DNA from: Chrysomallon squamiferum
Taxonomy: Eukaryota > Animalia > Mollusca
Direction of reading: 5' to 3'
Assembly (NCBI GenBank): GCA_012295275.1
Contig: CM022667.1
Coordinates: 14,322,001-14,386,000, forward strand
Length of the DNA stretch: 64,000 nt
The position numbers were made by a program, and so were the translations under genes. Under the pieces are notes generated by a model. The model had not been told where the DNA came from, ran no database searches, and saw nothing but the letters and a program-made list of their open reading frames with translations. Position 1 is the stretch's first letter. Each line of letters opens with the position of its first letter. Of this stretch, positions 27,805 to 64,000 are shown one piece after another.

Positions 27805-29140
27805 CAGATCATTGTCTCATTTTTTTTTATTAACATCATTGTATAAAGGATAATTCTACAGCACGCGTTTATAAATAACAGTCTTGCGAAGTATTAGAGC
27901 CGATCTTCACTTACGCGAGTTAATAAGGATACAGCTCGACGAAACACAGGTTTAATTAAGCCAATTTAAATTTCTGAGTCAGTTAATTTCGGAATAGACA
28001 ACCTCTTCAATCAAATTAAAACGCGTCGCATTTAGCAGACTTGTATGCTAAGCTTTCTGATTTATAAATTTAAATAAAGGATTTTTTTTCTTGGATTATT
28101 AATATAGTTAATGTAAGGAAAGAAAAAGAGTTTGAAGCAATAGCTCTGTATGTGGACATTTTTCACAAGTAAGAAATGTTATAAAAAAAAAAAATTGTAA
28201 ATTGACCATTAATTTCAGTAAATTTGCGCACTGCCTGATTTTCTCAAAGAGTCATTTTTTTTAATATCCTAAAACAAGATGCAGTATTATTTAATACTGT
28301 ATTTAATTCTTCAAAAACAGAAATAAAATTAAAATTTCGAAAAGCTTAAAATCAAGATGGTTAAAGATACAGATATTTACTATCTTCGTAACATGATGGG
28401 TGGTGTGACTGTGAAACTATCAGGCGTGATACTGCAATTTGCGCAAGGTTAGTTAAAGGATGATACAGCAGCAGCTAATTCTATAACTTATTTGACTTTT
28501 AGTTATACAATTAAAGAAGCTGGGGTAGTTCTTTGAAATACAGATAATGACCTTTCGTTGGATTTAGAACACTATGATAGGGATTAGCAAATTTTAAATT
28601 GTGACAGTAAAATATAATCACTGCATAAATAGCACATCAACAAAAGGGCAGTTTGAGTTATTTATTTATTTACAGAATATATTTTGTAATAATATACAAT
28701 AAAATAAACACAACTAAATTATATATTGAACAAATACGCCGTTAATGACACACTCTATACAGACTAATGACGGTATAAAAAAAACCAGTTCCTTCCCATA
28801 ACCTCCGTGATCATCAAACTGAACCGCCATGTTGGGCTACAGCCCGTCTGTTGCTTCTTCCCCTCAAACCCACAACCAGAACTTAGACACCGATGCCCGT
28901 ATACATTAGAAGCCATTTGGTGTGATAGTTTTTACACAAAACTCACCATAATTTTGGCAGCTAATTTACGTAATATTACAATTTAAAAATTGCCTTTAAA
29001 AGTTCGCATCGCGTATTTTCCTGTAAAAGGGTATTACGGATGGTCAAACAGAACTCTAATTATTTGCGCGTATCGGCTGTTAGGAGCTAACAGATAAAAC
29101 TGGGGGGAAGCAACAGCTGTGCTATTATCCTTTCTGTGGG

Positions 29141-29148
29141 TATATAAA
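29141..29148 (+). promoter_or_regulatory. Candidate TATA box of copy F (same element at 48276-48283 minus for H and at 27777-27784)
   Basis: gggTATATAAAcg 67 nt upstream of ATG 29208. Confidence 0.5.
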
Positions 29149-29207
29149 CGTGTGTTTTGAGAATAGTTAAAACATTTCAGTGTCTCTGCTCTGGACCTCT
29201 CTCAAAT

Positions 29208-35508
<6,301 letters not shown>

Positions 35509-35537
35509 CATTTACACCGAGCATATTTTGTGTGTGG

Positions 35538-35623
<86 letters not shown>

Positions 35624-35864
35624 ATTCGAAAATTTGGCAAAGCTTACTTTATAATGTGTCATACTATGTGGTCCAATTTTTCAGTCTAACCTTTTTTATA
35701 ACTCTGCAAAATATATTTACATTAATATGTGAATCCCAATCTGGTAAAATTATTCATTTGCGCTAGATAAAAAAAAAGTAATTGATAAAGTAAAATCTTA
35801 ACTTGTACTTCTACTACAAATACAGTTTGTATACCAAATTAATCAAAGTTAAAAGATCAAGTCC

Positions 35865-35909
<45 letters not shown>

Positions 35910-36183
35910 TGAAACAGAAACAACAGATTCTACAGTCAAATACAGATTTAAAGCCGTTGATAAGCATCCAGCTGGAAACGTTATACAGATATCAATGAAT
36001 CGCTAATTTGAGACACAGCACTTCAAAGAGGCGCTGAAATGCAGCTGAAATAACATAATGTTCTGTATCCATTCATTATTTAGATTCCGAATTAATTTTA
36101 TTTGTTGTTTATTTAATTTAAATTAAAATTTTGTTTCATTATATTTTATTTTATTTTCCTTTTGTGAGTTTTCAGATTCGAAA

Positions 36184-36280
<97 letters not shown>

Positions 36281-36305
36281 TATTATCAGTTCTAGTACCT
36301 AGTAT

Positions 36306-38965
<2,660 letters not shown>

Positions 38966-39689
38966 ATAAAATTTTAAAATAAGACTAAAGTTACTTTATA
39001 TATTCATTTCTATAATTCTTTTGTTTTCTTTATTATAAGTAATACATGGTTTCCAGAAACATATTTAGAAATTAGTGAAGAATATCGCTTCAGAAACTAT
39101 AAAATCTGGCCATCTGAATTAACTGTATCGCGTATGCAGAGCCGTTCTAAGGGTATTGGACTACCCAGCCATTTTAATATCGACGTCCTGGTGTCCTTTG
39201 AAAAAGACAGACGTCCCGTAACGCAGACGCATTAAAACAACATAAGATGCGGTTGAGCGCATTACTGATGACCTGCCGTTTACCTCGAACAATATAAGTA
39301 GTAAATAATGGAACTGTCTGATACAACTAAATACAGAGCACAGAAAAAGATTATATAAAATTAGATTTATTACTAGACTTTTGACATGTCCATTTCACGT
39401 ATTTTTAGTCCGAATTTTAGAAGATGTCCAACGGCATCCAAGAACTGTATGGGTGTTTCCTGGCCAAGGGTTAGCCGTAACTGCAGTCTCACGAGTCTGT
39501 TTTGTATTCTGATGTTTCTATTCCTTTTATCAGTTCTATAAATGTGTATATGTTTGGATGGTGAGGTTGAACTGACCGGTTTATTCGGGAATGAAAACCC
39601 TCCAGATTATTGTTTGTTCTGGGGCCAGCTGTCAGATGATGGCTCCACAAAATCAAAAGAAATCTGGCGTCATCGTCTACTGAATTAAC

Positions 39690-40110
39690 TGATAAAAAAG
39701 CATCATTTCACCTCAGCTTATGGAAATTCAGTTTCAGTTTGCAATCTGAACTTTAACTGGAGAAAGAGGTCGGTTTAATTATTAAGATTCTTCAAGAAAC
39801 TGAAACGTCTACTGTAAGTTATTCTCTGTTTGTCGGGAAGAAGAGCAAACTCAAGAGTTTGATATATAATTGGTTTAACAATGCTGGGCAAGAAGAGAAA
39901 GCTCCGTTCATTATGATGGATTTTGCATCCATTAGAGCTACAGTTTGCTCATCTGTAGAGAACACAAGCATGTTATCGTCAATTCCATCTCAAGTCTGTG
40001 TTAGGGCAGGTATCAGAACTCGTCACTCTCTGTACAGTGCAGTGCTCATACTGGGAAAGGAAGACAAACGAGGAACAGCTTATGATGGGGGGAGGGAACC
40101 GACGTCCTTC
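39690..40110 (-). mobile_element. Decayed MULE (Mutator-like) transposase fragment
   Basis: Minus-strand pieces DGIDDNMLVFSTDEQTVALMDAKSIIMNGAFSSCPALLNQLY and FALLPDKQRITYSRRFSFLKN resemble the MULE core (ILVFxT..MDGTF..P..F.QLY, LLP.K....Y). Interrupted by frameshifts and stops. Confidence 0.65.
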
Positions 40111-41472
40111 CTGACTGTCGTGGAAATTTTGTCTGTTATTTTTTTTACAGTTTGATCCTATCACAGTAAAAATTAATAATCAGATTCTTGACAATTTGAC
40201 TCCACTTAAGGAATTTTTACTTTGGGGTACTGAAAGTCATCGTCTTTGTCATGTGCACAAAATTATTTAAAATATTATACAAAAAATCTTCTAGACTGTT
40301 AAGCTTTATGTTAGAATGAATTTCGTATTTAGACTTCAATCCAAATTTTTCGCTAACTCTCTATATTCATTCCAAAAACCGAAACATTTTCGGTTTCAAG
40401 CATTTCATATAAACGATTCTCAAACTGTATTATTATTATTATTATACATACATACAAAGAAAGTCTTTTAAAAAAATCATTAGAGCAAATATAATATATT
40501 TATTAATACATAATGAAGACATATTTTGTTACGTTACACGAGCGAATATGAAAATAAGTAGTATTTCCTAGACAAAATCATCTTACACCTAAATTTTATT
40601 CTTGTAGGTGTTTAAAAATTTATAAATCTAAAAACAAACAGGTTTTGTTTTAGAAATATGGTAACAACACCAGTACTGTTTTATAACAACAACAACAACA
40701 ACAATTCCAACACCGAAATATATAATGAACAACAGTCAATTTTTATACACGTACAAATGTTAGAAACAATTAATAATGGTTAATCATTTTCGTTCTACAC
40801 ATTACTTAAGAATGAAGTATTTTAGAAAGAAAGAAAATACAAGTATTGCGATTATTATTCAGTACAGTTTAATAACGAGGGAAAACTATAAATACAGACA
40901 AAAAAAATCGACATTAATATAAAACATGTGTTAATATCATTAATCAGAATACTTTGTATACATCACCATTAAACCATGCGAAGTTAAAATGCTACACGTA
41001 ATTTCTGGTGGAATTTTATTCTAAGGACTAATTTAAACCTAATATATTCATACAATTTTCCTGAATTGAACTTGAAAATTCACGTACGCCAAACACAATT
41101 GTCAGAGAAAAACTGTTAGACTCACAGAAGTAGAGAAAAGGAATCCTGTTAATTCTTGTCAGTGTGAGTAGAGAAAATCAAAAATATCCACAAATAAAGT
41201 TTTAATGTGAGTCTGTGTGTCTGTCTGTGTCTGTGTGTGTGTGTGTGTGTGTGTGCGTGTGTGTGGTTATTTCAGTGTGAGTGGTAATTCTAATATATCA
41301 AATATGTGCTGAATAATTTTAATAAACTGAAAGAAATACTAACAAAGGAAGAACAAAAGTAAAATAAATAGAAACATTATTGATAAATAAACAAATAAAA
41401 ATTCGCGCAGAAATTATGTAAAACATCTGTCTGTCTGTATATCTGTGAACCTGATGGGTTCAACTTTAACGA

Positions 41473-48216
<6,744 letters not shown>

Positions 48217-49751
48217 GTTTGAGAGAGGTCCAGAGCAGAGACACTGAAATGTTTTAACTATTCTCAAAACACACGTTTATATACCCACAGAAAGGATAAT
48301 AGCACAGCTGCTGCTTCCCCCCAGTTTTATCTGTTAGCTCCTAACAGCCGATACGCGCAAATAATTAGAGTTCTGTTTGACCATCCGTAATACCCTTTTA
48401 CAGGAAAATACGCGATGCGAACTTTTAAAGGCAATTTTAAATTGTAATATTACGTAAATTAGCTGCCAAAATTATGGTGAGTTTTGTGTAAAAACTATCA
48501 CACCAAATGGCTTCTAATGTATACGGGCATCGGGGTCTAAGTTCTGGTTGTGGGTTTGAGGGGAAGAAGCAACAGACGGGCTGTAGCCCAACATGGCGGT
48601 TCAGTTTGATGATCACGGAGGTTATGGGAAGGAACTGGTTTTTTTTATACCGTCATTAGTCTGTATAGAGTGTGTCATTAACGGCGTATTTGTTCAATAT
48701 ATAATTTAGTTGTGTTTATTTTATTGTATATTATTACAAAATATATTCTGTAAATAAATAAATAACTCAAACTGCCCTTTTGTTGATGTGCTATTTATGC
48801 AGTGATTATATTTTACTGTCACAATTTAAAATTTGCTAATCCCTATCATAGTGTTCTAAATCCAACGAAAGGTCATTATCTGTATTTCAAAGAACTACCC
48901 CAGCTTCTTTAATTGTATAACTAAAAGTCAAATAAGTTATAGAATTAGCTGCTGCTGTATCATCCTTTAACTAACCTTGCGCAAATTGCAGTATCACGCC
49001 TGATAGTTTCACAGTCACACCACCCATCATGTTACGAAGAAAGTAAATATCTGTATCTTTAACCATCTTGATTTTAAGCTTTTCGAAATTTTAATTTTAT
49101 TTCTGTTTTTGAAGAATTAAATACAGTATTAAATAATACTGCATCTTGTTTTAGGATATTAAAAAAAATGACTCTTTGAGAAAATCAGGCAGTGCGCAAA
49201 TTTACTGAAATTAAAGGTCAATTTACAAATTTTTTTTTTATAACATTTCTTACTTGTGAAAAATGTCCACATACAGAGCTATTGCTTCAAACTCTTTTTC
49301 TTTCCTTACATTAACTATATTAATAATCCAAGAAAAAAAATCCTTTATTTAAATTTATAAATCAGAAAGCTTAGCATACAAGTCTGCTAAATGCGATGCG
49401 TTTTAATTTGATTGAAGAGGTTGTCTATTCCGAAATTAACTGACTCAGAAATTTAAATTGGCTTAATTAAACCTGTGTTTCGTCGAGCTGTATCCTTATT
49501 AACTCGCGTAAGTGAAGATCGGCTCTAATACTTCGCAAGACTGTTATTTATCAACGCGTGCTGTAGAATTATCCTTTATACAATGATGTTAATAAAAAAA
49601 AAAATGAGACAATGATTTGGCACAATTACAAAAAGAAAGTTCAGCTACGTTTCTATGTTGGTCCGTGTTCATCCTTGATGATGCAGTCATCTGATACACA
49701 GTAACAAAACTAAAAGCAGGTAAAGTCCACTGTCAGAGCTACCACCGAACA

Positions 49752-50015
49752 TAGGGGCGGATCTGTTATGAAACTAATGAAACTTAAGCTTTAGGGCGCT
49801 TAATCTAAAATGGGCCCCAGAAGCGCCTTAAGTCCTCATTGCTTCAGAATTTTAATCATAATCTGAGATGCAGTCTAAATTTTTTAAACCCGTCATGGAA
49901 CATTGCAAGAAATTAATTTAAAATAAAATAAAAAATAGCCTACGTAACTATCCAGATCTGAATGCGAAGCGCCTCACGTAATTTTTCAAACATCAGAATT
50001 GTAGGTCAGCCACTG
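49752..50015. mobile_element. hAT-type MITE
   Basis: Ends TAGGGGCGGATCT / AGGTCAGCCACTG (imperfect TIR, 9 of 13 match), flanked by near-identical 8-bp sites accgaaca (49744-49751) and acagaaca (50016-50023). Confidence 0.55.
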
Positions 50016-50595
50016 ACAGAACATTATGAAAATGACAGAATGACTCAAATAAACGTTTATAATATTATGTATTTTCCTGCAGACTTATTTTTCTAAGTAA
50101 CTAAAATGGGCATCAGCCATCTTCCCTTACTGCATTATTTTCATTTAAACGTCTTTCTTTCCTTCTCTCTTTATTATTATTATTATTATTATTATTAGCA
50201 GTAGTAGTAGTAGTCATAGTAGCAGCAGCAGTAATAGTAACAGTAATAATAGTTTAAGTAGTAGTTGTAGTAGTGGTAGTAGTAGGAGTAACAGCAGGAG
50301 GTTATTTATTGTATATTTTGTTCTCTTCTTCGTCTTCTCCTTCTTCTTTCTTTTTTTTTTCTTTTCTGTTTCTTTTCTTTTTTTTTCTTTTTTTTTCTGT
50401 TTCTTTTTTTTTTTTTTTTCTTTTCTGTTTCTTTTTTTTTTGTTCTTTTTTTTTTTTCTCTTTTAATTTAATAACATTTTTACAACCTACTGTATGTATA
50501 GTCAACAAACAAAAATTTAACTGTAGCTATCATCATAACCAATCAGAACCATCAACAAACAAACAAAAGAAAGAAAGAAATGGGCTTATTATTTA

Positions 50596-50650
<55 letters not shown>

Positions 50651-51721
50651 GCTGTTGCGCTGTTGACAAAAGGACCTACTCTTAGTTCAAGAGTTTGCTG
50701 GTATCTAGTCCGTAGCGTAATTCCGGCTCGAAAGTATTAAAACGTAAAATGGTGGTGTGTGCGATACAGGAATTAAGAAGATCCAACACAGAGCTACAAT
50801 AATTCATCATTTTTTAATGATAACTGCGAAGTAGACATGGTGTACGTATATAGTTCTGATTATGTTTTATTCACACTTTCGTGTACGCTTTCACCCATTC
50901 TACAAATATTACGGTGTTTTTCAGGTTCGGTCTATCTCGACAGCAGAGGTTTTACTTTCAGTAGTTACTCAATGTTTTGCTAGGTTTTCTTTCGCTGCTC
51001 TTAATTCAGATATGAAAACAGCGTTGTAGTCTTACAGTTTAGTTCCATACCTGGTTTAATAGTCGTTAGCAGCATCTAGCCTCTGCTAGCAAGGAGTCGA
51101 CGGAAACTGAACAGTGAAAGATACGTGATAGTAATACAATGAGTGAATGACAGTAATACTAATTATTAGTCTAATACTGTTCTAACTTACATCAAGTGAT
51201 TGGAGCAAAACAAGGTTTTAAACGTTATAAATCAAAACGAAGAAATTAAAAAAAAAATGTATATATATATTTTTTATTAAATTAAATAAGATACAACGAT
51301 TAATCATTTTCAATAACCAAGTTCTTGTGTTCATACAAATTAAACAGATAAACTTCAACATTTTTTTATACGTAACATTATATAACTGATATTTAGTTTT
51401 TAAGTGTTGCTAAAAGCTCTGGATTGACTCTAAATAAAAACTCTTAATTTATTCAGCCTATTATTCAACTTTTTTATTTATTCATATATATATTTTTTTA
51501 TACTAAAATCGTAATAATTAATCGAACAGCAATAAAGTACTAAGTTAGATAAAAAGATAAAACAAATAGACAGATAGATAAATACATTTTTAAACCTTAT
51601 TACGTTATGTAATTTAGTAATTTTGTAATCATATAATTAATATAAAACGTGGCGATCACTACTGCTTTAAATATGCATATAAAACAATTATTGCTCTAAA
51701 AATATTATTTAGCTACCAAGG

Positions 51722-52167
51722 TGTAATATAAAACGTTAGAAAACACTCAGGTGTCAGGCCGGCACGCAGAACTTTATACTGGGTGGGGATGCGAAAGCGA
51801 CGACGTAAAGGGCCGGTGATGGTTAGTGGGTCCAGGGACAACAGAAAGTTTGCTTAAATGTCGCGTTAAACTAGCAAGAGAGAATAATAAACTTAGTGTC
51901 TTTAACAACGTCATTTACGACGCAGCACATTTCTACACACAGGCTCGGACTATTTTTGTTGTTGCTGTTTTGTACTCATTCGTGGACCGACCTCAGCAGA
52001 TTATGGGGGTGCGTAAGTCCCCTTTCCTCCCCCTGTTGCATACAGGCCTGGGTATATAAAAGAGACGAGTGAGTTCCATCACAATCGTCCATCGACTTCA
52101 GGAACCCACAACAATGTTGTAACTGTACCGCTTAGTGTGTATTAAACTTTAAACAATTAATTGCTAC

Positions 52168-52168
<1 letters not shown>
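51722..52168 (+). mobile_element. Solo-LTR-like element (duplicate of 5992-6437) upstream of copy I exon 2
   Basis: TGTA...TACA ends, TATATAAAA at about 52053-52061, ATTAAA at 52141-52146. Confidence 0.55.
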
Positions 52169-56170
<4,002 letters not shown>

Positions 56171-57616
56171 TCGTTAAAGGTGAACCCATCAGGTTCACAG
56201 ATATAGTCAGACAGACAGATGATGTTTATAGTTTCTGCGCGAATTTTTATTTATTCATTTATTTATTTATCAATAATTTATCTCTTTATATTACTCAGTG
56301 TTTTTCTTGCAATTGATTAAAAGCATTCAGCAAATTTTTAAAATATTTTTGATTTGTTCTACTCACACTGGCAAGAATGATCAGTCTTTCTTTCCTCTGC
56401 CTGTGTGAATCTTAAAAGTGTTTGTAATGACTTCACTCCTGTCTTTGTTATTATTATTACGTTTATCATCATCATCATTATTATCATTATGATTAGTATT
56501 ATTGTTGTTGTTGTTATTATTATTATTATTATTTTACATTCACTGGGTATTCACACTGAGTGGAGGATGGAAGAAATTGCAAATTGTTTTCCTTTTTTTC
56601 TTCATTTCTATATTTCTTTCGTTTTTCTATGTTTTTTTTCTTTTTGTTAATTTATTATAAGTAGTACAAGGCTGCAATAAATGTATAGAAATTAATGAAG
56701 AATATCGCTTCATGAACCATAAAGTCGTTTTGTCAGTTCTTTTTACCAGTTTGATCCCATCACAGGAGGAATTAATAATCAGATTGTCGACAGTTTGACT
56801 CCACTTAAGGAATTTAAACATTTTGATATTAATTATTACTTAATATTTTCCCTTTATATTTTAAAGATCTCAAATGAATGAGACGGCGATTGCCCGATCT
56901 GCCTGTACCTTGAGCCGGCCCTTCCAGTAAACATCAAAATAACAAATATTCGTGTGCGAATGAGAAGAAAACGATCTTAAGGAATTTTAACTCTGGCTTA
57001 CTGAAAGCAATAGGGTTAATAATATTCAGAATGAAAATGACAGTATTTGCTGTTGCTGTTATGTTGCAGACACGCACACACACACGCACACACAGACACA
57101 CACACACACATACATATGTATTTCACAAAATACGCCGTATGTGCAAAACATATATAAATTCTCCTGACTTAGCTAGGTGCATCGTGTTCTGAAACTCTAC
57201 GTAAGTGGAAACGTATGCTTTAACATTCTCTATACTGTGCTAGTGAGTCACGAAGACAATGTTAGTTAATTTACAAAATGCAGCCTGGGCGGAGAATCTA
57301 CGAAAATCGGGAAATGTCTTTATTTTACATGGGGTCGAGAACTAACAAATCTGCAAGTGTCCTTAGAAATAAAATAATAAATAAGTAAATAAATAAATAA
57401 ATAAAATAATAAAAATTATGACATATTCATTAATGGTTCTTATTGTTTGTTTTTCTTGTTCTTTATGCTGATTTTGTGTAAGCAGACAATTTGTATAAGC
57501 TGTATATTAAAGTAAAATTCGTATTTAGACTTGATTGCAAATCTTTGACTAACTCGTTACATTCCAAAATCAGAAACACGTTCGATTCCAAGTTTTTCAG
57601 AGAAGGGATTCTGAAC

Positions 57617-57689
<73 letters not shown>

Positions 57690-58509
57690 ACACAGATAAC
57701 AGTTTTTACAATCAAATACAATTTTAACGGAGCTGATAAAGATCAAGTTGGAAATTTTATACGTATTTAGTCATGAACTGAAAATCGCTAATTTCAGACA
57801 CTCGTTACCATTTACACCGAGCGTGTTTTTTATTGTGCATGTGTGTGTGTGTGTGTATGGGTGTGCGTGCTTTCAGAATCGAAAATTTGACCCATTACGA
57901 AGCAAGATTGTCTCTGACAAAGCTGATAACCTGTGTATTCCAAACATTCAGTCTAATTGTTTTCATAACTTTGCAAAGTGTATTTGCATTGATATGTGAA
58001 GCAAAATCTGGTAAAATTATTTGTTTGCGCTAGATAAACTAAAATAATTAAAAAATAAACTAAAACACAGTCTGAAAATTCAAAGTTTCACTTGTACTTC
58101 TACTAGAAACACATTTTTTCTTTTCTAATTCCAGTCGGCTCTTATAGGTAAAAGTATAGGAGATGAAGGCAGCAGTCAAGTAATCAGAAAAGTACTTGAG
58201 ACACCGAGACATTGGCGAAAAGAAAATTTTATAATTCTTGCCTGCCCGCTTGAGTACAGCAAATCAGAAATATCTGCGCGTATGATATTTATCAATTTAA
58301 AATATATCGTTATAATATATTATAACCATACTAACAAAGTATACCTAATAATATCAAAGCAGGGAAGACGAAAGTAAAACAAAAATAACAATTATTGACA
58401 AATAAATAAATAACAGTTAGTTTAGGAATCATAAACAGCATTTATCTATCTGTCTGCCTATGTACCCAACTGATTAACGGGTTCTACTTTAGTGATTAAT
58501 CCTGAACGA

Positions 58510-58559
<50 letters not shown>

Positions 58560-58774
58560 ATTTAAATTAGCTTGGGCTTTCTAATATATTAAAAAAGTGC
58601 TGAATAATTTTAATAAAGTGAAAGAAATACTAGCAATGCAAGAAAAACAAAAGTTAATTTACGAGAAAAATTATTTATAAATAAATAATTAAATAAAAAT
58701 TCGCACAGAAATTATAAATACCATCTGTCTGTCTGTCTGTATATCTGTGAACCTGATGGGTTCTACTTTAACGA

Positions 58775-59641
58775 TTAGTCCTGAACGACACTGAACTGAG
58801 TCAAGGCTAGTAATGCAGTGGCGTACGTGTACGCCTCAGATGACCAATAAACGTGAAACGATTCTTCCATTCCACGGAACTTGCGTGGCGTCTTCACACC
58901 AAAGTGTTTCTCGTTCAACATGTCTTCGTATTCGTTTTCGGGAATGACGCCTTCAACAGCTCCTACGATGATTTCAGCTGGAAAATCTCCTTTATATGAT
59001 AGTCTTGTTCAATTCATATACTGCAGTCGACTGGAAGGATACCAGCATCGTGAATCCTGAAAGCATTTTCGAATTAAATAAATAAATAAATAAATCCAAA
59101 TTTTAAAACGTCGATCCCTGCTGTCTTTCCTAGCCTGCATTTCAAAACTGTAACTTTATCAACTGATTTCAGACGTTGCCTGAACCAATTTCAATTATAA
59201 CGAGTAACTATATAGTTAATAACTGCTAGAGCTGATTAATTACATATCTGACATATGTAATAGTGAAATTATACAAATCGTAAACTTACTTTTCAACCAT
59301 GACAACGTCTTATGCTCTGTGTCGTAGTCAGTCCACATGTTCACCAACGCAGTCAAAGTAATTGACGTCACCGATAGTCGAAATAATCATATCAAAAAGA
59401 ATCTTTCCGTGATCCTTTATTTATTTATTTATTTATTTATTTAATACTTATTTAACTTTGTTTCGTTTACGAGTAATTACATAGTTAATAATTGTCGTAT
59501 GTAAAATGGAATAAAGAAATTGTTTAACTTACTTTTCAACCAGGACAAGGTCTTATGTTCCGAGTCGTAGACAGTCCAAATGTTCATCAACGCAGTCAAA
59601 GTAATTGACGTCATCGATAGTCGGTCGTCTACGTCAGTATT
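58775..59641 (-). pseudogene. Family fragment J: exon 6, partial exon 6, exon 8 with nonsense codon (duplicate of fragment C)
   Basis: Exon 6 at 59533-59641, partial at about 59290-59380, exon 8 at 58775-59056 with GGA>TGA at 59009-59011 (LQYMN*). Exon 7 is absent as in C. An extra exon-8 tail stub lies at about 58496-58512. Confidence 0.85.
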
Positions 59642-59738
59642 CTAAAGTACATTGATAGTTAAATACAGTCAAACCATCTTATTCGTTGGTTTTTGCATCC
59701 GAAACGTATCCAAAAAGCGGTCCGAAACAAAGCAAATA

Positions 59739-59794
<56 letters not shown>

Positions 59795-60225
59795 CAAAAT
59801 ATTTTCGAAAAATATTTTTATGCTGGCACTCATTATATTAGTACACTTTAATCAGTGTTATCTGCGTAGGTGTTAACAATCGTCAATATTATATACAGCG
59901 TTCAGGTTTTGAAAACGTATGTGTCTACGGTGAGACAAGTTTCTATCCAGGCACCTCCATTTCCGAATAGGGCTATGTCTCCTGGTACTGTATTGAAAGG
60001 GAAAAAAACTTCTCTTTCTTTTCTTTTAAATAAATAAATAAGTAAATGAATAAATAATTTCTGCACGTTCCTGGACTGCAGTTTCTAAATGCGCCACTGT
60101 GAGAAGAATACTTTTTCTCTTAAATTAACTTTTGTTTTTCTTGCATTGCTAGTATTTCTTTCACTTTATTAAAATTATTCAGCACTTTTTTAATATATTA
60201 GAAAGCCCAAGCTAATTTAAATAAC

Positions 60226-60283
<58 letters not shown>

Positions 60284-60337
60284 GAAACACTTTCGGTTCC
60301 AAGCGTTTCAGATAAAGGAATCTCAACCTGTATGATA

Positions 60338-60373
<36 letters not shown>

Positions 60374-60821
60374 ACACAGATCTGTGTTTGTCCAGTTGTG
60401 TGTGTGTGAACAGAAAATCGCTAATTTCAGACACACATTAGCATTTACACCGAGCATATTTTGTGTGTGTGTGTGTGTGTGTGTTTTCAGGATCGAAAAT
60501 TTGGCAAAGCTTACTTTATAATGCGTCATAATATGTGTTCCAACTTTTCAGTCTAACCTTTTTATAACTGTGTCCAAATCTGTTTATTCATTTGCAGATT
60601 CGAAAAATTTTAAATTCAAAACTTCACTTGTACTTACAAATTTTTTATAATGCGTCATACTATGTGTTCCAACTTTTGAAATGCAGCTGAAATAACATAA
60701 TGTTCTGTACCCATAGATTCCGAATTAATTTTATTTGTTGTTTATTTAATTTAAATTAAAATGTTGTTTCATTATATTTTATTTTAATTTATTTCCCTTT
60801 TGTGAGTTTTCAGATTCGAAA

Positions 60822-60870
<49 letters not shown>

Positions 60871-60888
60871 TATTATCAGTTCTAGTAC

Positions 60889-63568
<2,680 letters not shown>

Positions 63569-64000
63569 AATAAAATTTTAAAATAAGACTAAAGTTACTT
63601 TATATATTCATTTCTATAATTCTTTTGTTTTCTTTATTATAAGTAGTACATGGTTTCCAAAAACATATTTAGAAATTAGTGAAGAATATCGCTTCAGAAA
63701 CTATAAAATCTGGCCATCTGAATTAACTGTATCGCGTATGCAGAGCCGTTCTAAGGGTATTGAACTACCCAGCCATTTTAATACCGACGTCCTGGTGTCC
63801 TTTGAAAAAGACAGACGTCCCGTAACGCAGACGCATTAAAACAACATAAGATGCGGTTGAGCGCATTACTGATGACCTGCCGTTTACCTCGAACAATATA
63901 AGTAGTAAATAATGGAACTGTCTGATACAACTAAATACAGAGCACAGAAAAAGATTATATAAAATTAGATTTATTACTAGACTTTTGACATGTCCATTTG

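Noticed and set aside
27618-29168. 187-bp direct repeats flanking 1.2 kb as a possible TRIM/LTR element
   Set aside because: No TG..CA ends, PBS, PPT or TSD, and the homologous region upstream of H has only one copy. A local duplication explains it better.

Overview
AT-rich, microsatellite-dense eukaryotic (metazoan) DNA. The repeat content is reminiscent of mollusc/cephalopod genomes, which is an inference only. Almost the whole window is a tandem and inverted array of one uncharacterised 8-exon gene family (exon CDS lengths 545/295/168/174/135/109/122/282 nt, 609 aa, N-terminal signal peptide, about 6 N-glycosylation sequons). Four copies have a complete open spliced frame: B 4695-10570 (+), E 20429-26699 (-), F 29208-35508 (+; stop lost, poly-Ile tail) and H 41473-48216 (-). 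Copy I (52272-56170, +) lacks exon 1 but has exons 2-8 open. Copy A has a nonsense codon in exon 1, and C, D, G, J and K are fragmented or scrambled. The genes form three head-to-head pairs (A/B, E/F, H/I) at roughly 22-25 kb spacing. The protein carries motifs (DFD[T/S]T, D-x-x-VCVN[V/I]I, YY-x-S-x-x-x-F-x-WF-x-SR, terminal T-x-ATALLAL) in the order I recall for class II terpene-cyclase beta-domain / (alpha/alpha)6-barrel proteins, and the differences between copies cluster next to these motifs. The window also holds MULE, LINE, hAT-MITE and solo-LTR-like remnants. No RNA genes or CRISPR arrays were seen. All family assignments come from motif recognition by eye, not from database searches.
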